Shown here piece by piece: positions 59,025-64,000 of a stretch of 64,000 bases of DNA. The notes beneath the pieces are model-generated. The model worked only from the letters and a program-made list of their open reading frames with translations, did no database searches and was not told the origin of the DNA. The stretch's first letter is position 1. Every line of letters starts with the position of its first letter. Where the stretch lies: contig DASCNA010000145.1 in NCBI GenBank assembly GCA_036011305.1, forward strand, positions 17,374 to 81,373, written 5' to 3'. This DNA comes from Victivallales bacterium. Lineage in GTDB: Bacteria; Verrucomicrobiota; Lentisphaeria; Victivallales; GWF2-38-69. A program made the position numbers and the translations under genes.

Positions 59025-60221
59025 CTAAACAATCTTTCTACCATTTTTGATCTTTTCTATTAACTGTGGGATAATCTCATATACATCGCCGACAATCCCA
59101 TAATGTGCTACATCAAATATAGGCGCATTACTATCATTGTTTATTGCAAAAATAGTATCGGCATTACTCATCCCTGCTCTGAATTGAATTGCTCCTGAAA
59201 TACCGCATGTAATAATTAATTTGGGTTTAACAGTTCTTCCGCTTAAACCAATTTGGCGTATGGGATCTACTATCCCTTCCTCAATTAAAGGCCGTGAACT
59301 GCCTAATTCTGCGTCAAGTAATTTGGCTAACTCATTTACCATATTTAAATCTTCTTTCTTCTTAAACGCTCTTCCCACAGCAATAATAACAGGTGCATCT
59401 TCTATATTTGCAGTTTTTTCTTTCTGTTTGATCTCAAGAATTTCTATATCTGATTTTAATTTTCTTTCCTCAATATTACAGCATATGAGTTTAGCACTGT
59501 TTTTTTTCCCTTTTTCTTTTGGCGGATCAAAGACTTTATATCTCACAGTTGCAAACTGTGGTCTATGATCAGGTGTCCTTATATGTGCCATTATATTTCC
59601 GCCGAATGCAGGTCTAATCTGATCTAAATCGGTATTTAGCTGAACATCAAGTACTGTACAGTCTGCAGTTAAACCAGTTTTAAATGTTGCGGCAACTCTT
59701 GGAGCTAAGGATCTTCCGATATTTGTAGCTCCCACAAGTATGCTTGAAGGTTTTGTTTTATTTATAAAATCGGTGAATACTGATTTATAAGGTTCTATTT
59801 TAAAGTTATCTAATTCTTGTTGGTCATATACATAGAGTTCATCAATACCCCATTCCAATATCTCGTCAGCATATTTTTTTACATCGTAGCCGGCTAATAA
59901 GCAGTAAACTGGATGGTTAATTTTTGCAGCCATTTCTTTGGCCTTACCTATTAGTTCATATGATACAGGATGTATTTTTCCTTCACTGCGCTCAATAAAA
60001 ACTGCTATACCTTCCCATGAAGATTTATCTATATAAGGTCTGTCTGTTTCTACTATTTCAAATGCTCCTATCGGACCTTTTTTGACGCATAGACTGCACA
60101 TTTTACAGGCGGCATTAACAGTTATTTTTCCATCTATATTTTCTAATGCATTAAATGGGCAAACTTCTAAGGTATTTTCTATATTATCAATCTTATTCTG
60201 GTGTATTATCAATTTAGACAT
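59025..60221 (-). CDS. etfA: Electron transfer flavoprotein alpha subunit with N-terminal ferredoxin-like 4Fe-4S domain
   Basis: N-terminal Cys motifs (CPFNAL; CKMCSLCVKKGP). EtfA FAD signature LIITCGISGAIQFRAGM. Confidence 0.85.
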   Translation of the reverse strand: MSKLIIHQNKIDNIENTLEVCPFNALENIDGKITVNAACKMCSLCVKKGPIGAFEIVETDRPYIDKSSWEGIAVFIERSEGKIHPVSYELIGKAKEMAAKINHPVYCLLAGYDVKKYADEILEWGIDELYVYDQQELDNFKIEPYKSVFTDFINKTKPSSILVGATNIGRSLAPRVAATFKTGLTADCTVLDVQLNTDLDQIRPAFGGNIMAHIRTPDHRPQFATVRYKVFDPPKEKGKKNSAKLICCNIEERKLKSDIEILEIKQKEKTANIEDAPVIIAVGRAFKKKEDLNMVNELAKLLDAELGSSRPLIEEGIVDPIRQIGLSGRTVKPKLIITCGISGAIQFRAGMSNADTIFAINNDSNAPIFDVAHYGIVGDVYEIIPQLIEKIKNGRKIV

Positions 60222-60236
60222 ATGAACTTCTCCCTG

Positions 60237-61025
60237 TTAAATAAATTTGAGCTCAGTTAATTTATCAACTATTCTGGTTGATAGTTCATCACTTTTTCCT
60301 TCCCATATTTCATGTTCATCATTACATGGAGGAGGAAATATTTTTATAACCTGTGTAGGTGATCCTGTCAGGCCGTATTTAGTTTCATCTTTATCTTCAA
60401 AATCATTAAGTTTATATGTAGGAATGTTCTTGTTCTGTGTATGTAGTTTTCTAATAAAAGAAGGCAGTCTTGCCTGACCTATTCCGGAATCAACTGTTAT
60501 TAGACATGGCAGTTTAATCTTTAAGATTTCTGTAGTTCTATCCATGTCAGTCTCAACAGTTATTGATGTTTCATCCATTTCTATAATATTTTTAATATAA
60601 GCAGCGTGAGGTATATCAAGAAAGTTAGCTATCTCTGGACCTACCTGAGCTGTATCGCCGTCAGTTGTCTGCTTTCCGCATATTATTAAATCAGGTTCAG
60701 GAAGTTTTTTAATTCCCTGTGATAGTGTGTAGGCTGTAGCCAATACATCGGCTCCGGCAAATTTACTGTCTGATACCATAACACCGTCATCTACCCCCAT
60801 CATAAAGGCTTCTTTTATTATTTCTTTTGCCTGTGGAGGCCCCATGGTAATAGTATGTACTTTTGCATTGTATTTGTCTTTTAACTGTACTGCTGCTTCT
60901 ATAGCGTATAGATCATATGGATTGATCTTTGATTCAATTCCTCCACGTCGCAATACCCAGGTTTTTTCATCAATATCCACTTCAGTTGTACTTGGAACCT
61001 GCTTAATACATACAAGTATGTTCAT
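60237..61025 (-). CDS. etfB: Electron transfer flavoprotein beta subunit
   Basis: MNILVCIKQVP N-terminus and typical EtfB length and pattern. SD AGGAGGA. Confidence 0.9.
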   Translation of the reverse strand: MNILVCIKQVPSTTEVDIDEKTWVLRRGGIESKINPYDLYAIEAAVQLKDKYNAKVHTITMGPPQAKEIIKEAFMMGVDDGVMVSDSKFAGADVLATAYTLSQGIKKLPEPDLIICGKQTTDGDTAQVGPEIANFLDIPHAAYIKNIIEMDETSITVETDMDRTTEILKIKLPCLITVDSGIGQARLPSFIRKLHTQNKNIPTYKLNDFEDKDETKYGLTGSPTQVIKIFPPPCNDEHEIWEGKSDELSTRIVDKLTELKFI

Positions 61026-61056
61026 ATTGATCCTCCTGTTTAAACTTAAATAAATA

Positions 61057-61083
61057 CTGCAGTTAACTTATCTGCAGTTAACT
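61057..61083. promoter_or_regulatory. Tandem 15-bp direct repeat (CTGCAGTTAACT x2) in the etfB leader; candidate operator
   Basis: ctgcagttaact occurs at 61057-68 and again at 61072-83, 32-58 bp upstream of the etfB ATG. Each unit contains the palindromes CTGCAG and GTTAAC. Confidence 0.3.
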
Positions 61084-61492
61084 ATGTTTTAAAACTTATA
61101 TGAATAAAAATAGTGCTTGTACTTTAAATATGTGACACCAATGTACACGAAAATTGTATTTTTCCTTAAAATATTAAAATAAATTTTAAAGATCTGTTAT
61201 TACAGTAATTCTAATATTGATATTTAGAAAATATATATTTGCTATAGAACGTATCTGAATTACAAATGAAAGTTATATTATCAATTATAAAACAATAACA
61301 TTATGTTAAAGGTTTAAAAATTACTTGTCCATTTTTCGGTTGTATAAAATTAAATATCTGATTATATGTAAATAAAATAATTGTTAATTATTAATGGTAA
61401 ATGGTTAATTAGAATTTTAGATATTTTGATATATATATATTATAAGCCTAATGCTTAAAACCTAATACCTAAAACTGTGGATAGGTAAATAT

Positions 61493-62539
61493 ATGAAAGA
61501 CAAACAACTGCCTGATTTTGACATTATGTATAAAGCGCTCATCAATAAAGACAGCTCTTTTGAAGGTATCTTTTTTGTAGGTGTCAAAACTACTGGTATT
61601 TTCTGCAGACCTACCTGTACAGCTAGAAAACCTAAGAAAGAAAATGTTGAGTTTTTTTCTACTTCTAAAGAAGCTTTGGATTATGGTTATAGACCGTGTC
61701 GTATGTGCCATCCTATGGAGATGTACGGTACTATTCCTGAATGGCTTCAACCGCTGATGAAAGAGATAGAAGGAAATCAGGGAATAAAACTTAAAGATTA
61801 TGATTTACGGAACAGAAATCTGGAACCAGCACGGGTTAGGAGATGGTTTAAGAAACATCATAATATGACATTTCAGGCATATCTCAGATCTTTAAGAATT
61901 AATAGAGCATTCGGTCAGATAAAACATAATGAAAAAATAATAAGTCCCGCCTATGAAAACAGTTTTGATTCTCTAAGCGGATTTAACAGTGCATTTAAAA
62001 AAGTAGCAGGTTTTAATCCATCTGAAAGCTGCGATAAAAAAATTATAAATATAACCAGACTGTTAACTCCCATAGGACCGATGTTTGTTGCAGCTACAGA
62101 CAAAGGGGTATGCCTTCTTGAATTTACAGATAGAAGAATGCTGGAAACTGAAATTAAACAACTTAAAAAATTTTTCAATGCCGAATTCGTACCAGGAGAG
62201 AATAAATATTTCAAGACTTTAAATAAACAGCTTTCAGAGTATTTTGCAGGAACAAGAAAATCATTTGATATACCGCTAATAACGCCTGGTACAGATTTTC
62301 AGAAAAAAGTTTGGAATGCTTTGCAGAAGATTCCTTACGGTGAAACAAGGTCATATCAGGAACAGGCTGTCAATATCAATAAACCAAAAGCAGTCAGAGC
62401 TGTAGCTTCAGCAAATGGATGTAACAAAATAGCTATAATTATTCCATGTCACAGAGTAATAGCAAAAGATGGCACGTTAGCAGGTTACGGCGGAGGAATA
62501 TGGAGGAAGCAATATCTGCTAGATTTGGAAGCACTATAA
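61493..62539 (+). CDS. ada: Bifunctional Ada-type regulator / methylated-DNA--protein-cysteine methyltransferase
   Basis: Ada Zn domain (GIFCRPTCTARKPKKENVEFF...RPCRMCHP), an AraC-type HTH middle region, and a C-terminal MGMT with IPCHRVI. Confidence 0.85.
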   Translation: MKDKQLPDFDIMYKALINKDSSFEGIFFVGVKTTGIFCRPTCTARKPKKENVEFFSTSKEALDYGYRPCRMCHPMEMYGTIPEWLQPLMKEIEGNQGIKLKDYDLRNRNLEPARVRRWFKKHHNMTFQAYLRSLRINRAFGQIKHNEKIISPAYENSFDSLSGFNSAFKKVAGFNPSESCDKKIINITRLLTPIGPMFVAATDKGVCLLEFTDRRMLETEIKQLKKFFNAEFVPGENKYFKTLNKQLSEYFAGTRKSFDIPLITPGTDFQKKVWNALQKIPYGETRSYQEQAVNINKPKAVRAVASANGCNKIAIIIPCHRVIAKDGTLAGYGGGIWRKQYLLDLEAL

Positions 62540-62632
62540 AAGTAGCACAATAGAATTTGACTTGTTTTTTGAAAAACAAAGTGTTATAGTTAGATATAAC
62601 AGCTTGATAAAACAATAAATTGACATTGAATT

Positions 62633-63496
62633 ATGATAAAAATTGAAAATTTAAGCTTTGGCTATAATAAACAGAATTTGCTTTTTAATGATCTGAATTT
62701 TGAAGTGAAACCAGGTAGGATTTATGGAATTTTAGGAAAGAATGCTGCTGGTAAAACTTCTTTACTTCATCTTATGATTGGTCTTTTATCTTCTTATAAA
62801 GGATCAATTACCGCATTTGATGAAACACCTAAAAAAAGAACACCGTCTTTTTTAAATCAAATCTATTATCTGCCTGAAATATTTTATACTCCTAAGGTTT
62901 CTGTCAATGAGTATGTAAAACTGCACAGCCCTTTTTACGATAACTTTGCTATGGATATTTTTGATGACTGTATAAGAACTTTTGGCATTGAATGTTCTAA
63001 TAAAGTCAGTTCGCTGTCATTTGGTGAACAGAAAAAAGTATTGATATCATTTGCACTTGCAACGTGCAGTTCTGTAATACTGCTTGATGAACCTACAAAT
63101 GGGCTTGATATACCCGGGAAGAGTATTTTTAATAAATTAATTTTAAAATATGTGACAGAAGATCAGTCTATCTTGATAGCGACACATCAGGTTAAAGATC
63201 TTCAGAATATTATTGATCCCATAATAATATTAGACAGCGGTAAAGTTGTTATAAATAGTCCCAGGGAACTGATAGATGATCGGATAGCATTTTACTTTAC
63301 AAGAAAACTTGTGGATGATAATAATGTAATATACAGCGAAAGAACTCCTGGAGGATACCTGATCATTGCTGAACGTGATAAATTTGATGGGGATGAAATA
63401 AAATTTGAGCTGTCGCCTTTTTTTAAATCTGTTCTGAAAGATACAGATACTTATCAGAAAATTCTAAAAAACAGTGGTGATGACAATGAAAAATAA
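62633..63496 (+). CDS. ABC transporter ATP-binding protein
   Basis: Walker A GKNAAGKTS, signature LSFGEQKK, Walker B ILLDEP. Confidence 0.85.
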   Translation: MIKIENLSFGYNKQNLLFNDLNFEVKPGRIYGILGKNAAGKTSLLHLMIGLLSSYKGSITAFDETPKKRTPSFLNQIYYLPEIFYTPKVSVNEYVKLHSPFYDNFAMDIFDDCIRTFGIECSNKVSSLSFGEQKKVLISFALATCSSVILLDEPTNGLDIPGKSIFNKLILKYVTEDQSILIATHQVKDLQNIIDPIIILDSGKVVINSPRELIDDRIAFYFTRKLVDDNNVIYSERTPGGYLIIAERDKFDGDEIKFELSPFFKSVLKDTDTYQKILKNSGDDNEK

Positions 63497-64000
63497 CTTC
63501 TTTTCACTAAATAGATTTCTCTATTATTTTAAATTGAATGTGAAACTGAATTTGAAGGATTATCTACTGGCTCTGTCTGTCATAACTTTAATTATAATAG
63601 CATTAAATTTTCTAAATAGCTTAACAACAAAAACTATTGGAATTTCCTATGAAGAATTCAATAGCTACTGTTACTATATTATGCTCTATCTGGTGGGATT
63701 CCATTTAGCCGGGATATCTTTCAGTTCTTTTAAGGATAAAAACCGTATAAGTGGTTTACTGACTATTCCGGTTTCTTCATTTGAAAAATATATTTCAAGT
63801 TTGCTGATAAATTCAATTCTGTTTTTTATTTCATTCTCAGTACTCTATAGTTTGGGAACATTTATTTTCTTTATTCTGTCAGGATCAACTCACAGTTTTT
63901 ATAATACATTTAATGACGGGAGTCTATTTTTCTCTGTGCTCTTTTTTTCTCTTCAGTCAATATTTTTTGCAGGAAGTCTTTTTTTTAAAAGATATGAAAC
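63486..64000 (+). CDS. Hypothetical membrane protein (probable ABC-2-type permease partner), 3'-truncated by window edge
   Basis: Not in the ORF track. My own translation from ATG 63486 (MKNNFFSLNRFLYYFKLNVKLNLKDYLLALSVITLIII...) stays open to base 64000. It overlaps the ATPase stop by 11 nt and is hydrophobic. Confidence 0.5.
   Translation, partial: MKNNFFSLNRFLYYFKLNVKLNLKDYLLALSVITLIIIALNFLNSLTTKTIGISYEEFNSYCYYIMLYLVGFHLAGISFSSFKDKNRISGLLTIPVSSFEKYISSLLINSILFFISFSVLYSLGTFIFFILSGSTHSFYNTFNDGSLFFSVLFFSLQSIFFAGSLFFKRYE

Noticed and set aside
2042-61750. Many 60-195-aa ORFs in the track lie antisense to, or out of frame within, long well-supported genes. Examples are 2042..2305, 4218..4499, 5556..6143, 14529..14867, 18128..18355, 29248..29607, 34113..34499, 42983..43240, 47525..47803, 55607..55951, 59221..59568 and 61469..61750.
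   Set aside because: They sit entirely or mostly inside CDS with clear family motifs on the other strand or frame. They have low-complexity or oddly biased composition and no SD. This is typical shadow-ORF behaviour in AT-rich DNA.
1-64000. Scan for tRNA, rRNA, CRISPR arrays, IS elements, prophage or defence-system hallmarks (integrases, nucleases, P-loop NTPase/STAND, reverse transcriptase, toxin-antitoxin pairs).
   Set aside because: None recognised. All intergenic regions over 150 bp are AT-rich without tRNA-like GC stems or regularly spaced repeats. The only helicases are housekeeping-type DinG, RhlE and DbpA.

Overview
This is an AT-rich, gene-dense bacterial chromosomal segment. Sampled 60-nt lines run from about 22% GC in membrane-protein genes to 45-50% GC in one island. 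I support about 50 CDS. I recognised no rRNA, tRNA, CRISPR array, IS element or integrase. The gene content suggests a low-GC anaerobe: an ankyrin lipoprotein, a TPR-SpoIIE phosphatase, an Etf-linked lactate dehydrogenase module and an NAD-type formate dehydrogenase. A Brachyspira-like spirochaete would fit, but that is only a guess. All family calls rest on motif recognition in the supplied translations, with no searches run. Layout: 0-9.4 kb is housekeeping (Nudix CoA pyrophosphatase, glutaredoxin, FKBP, DinG, PAP2, BirA, ProS, Map). 9.4-17.7 kb holds a TPR-SpoIIE phosphatase, a Cys-type formate dehydrogenase with a fused NuoE/F subunit, and an XRE-PAS regulator. 17.9-26.5 kb is a kinase-less carbohydrate cluster: an IolD-like ThDP enzyme, split transketolase, an RpiB-like isomerase, a Gfo/Idh/MocA oxidoreductase and two GPH symporters. 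26.9-33.0 kb is a compositionally distinct island with proteobacterial-looking genes (rhlE, a ybiT-like ABC-F gene, a PD40 propeller protein, dbpA). 33-41.7 kb is an accessory stretch: DUF1638, an ankyrin lipoprotein cassette flanked by a decayed 130-bp direct repeat, an orphan ABC TMD plus an unknown protein, radical SAM, cupin, an ANT(2'')/Lnu-like nucleotidyltransferase, GNAT, lipoprotein and NUP. 41.9-46.1 kb holds MmsA/IolA, a permease and DUF975. 57.6-61.0 kb is a GlcD/LctD-EtfAB module. 61.5-64 kb holds Ada and an ABC transporter. The standout is 46.3-57.6 kb. It carries four tandem, intact, diverged paralogues of a ~920-aa, ~24-TM protein. Each looks like a fusion of a GadC/YjeM-type APC amino-acid permease (N-half) with a Wzx/PST-type MOP flippase (C-half). 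The two halves show discordant relationships among the copies, and no glycan-assembly genes lie nearby. I do not know of a described system with this architecture.
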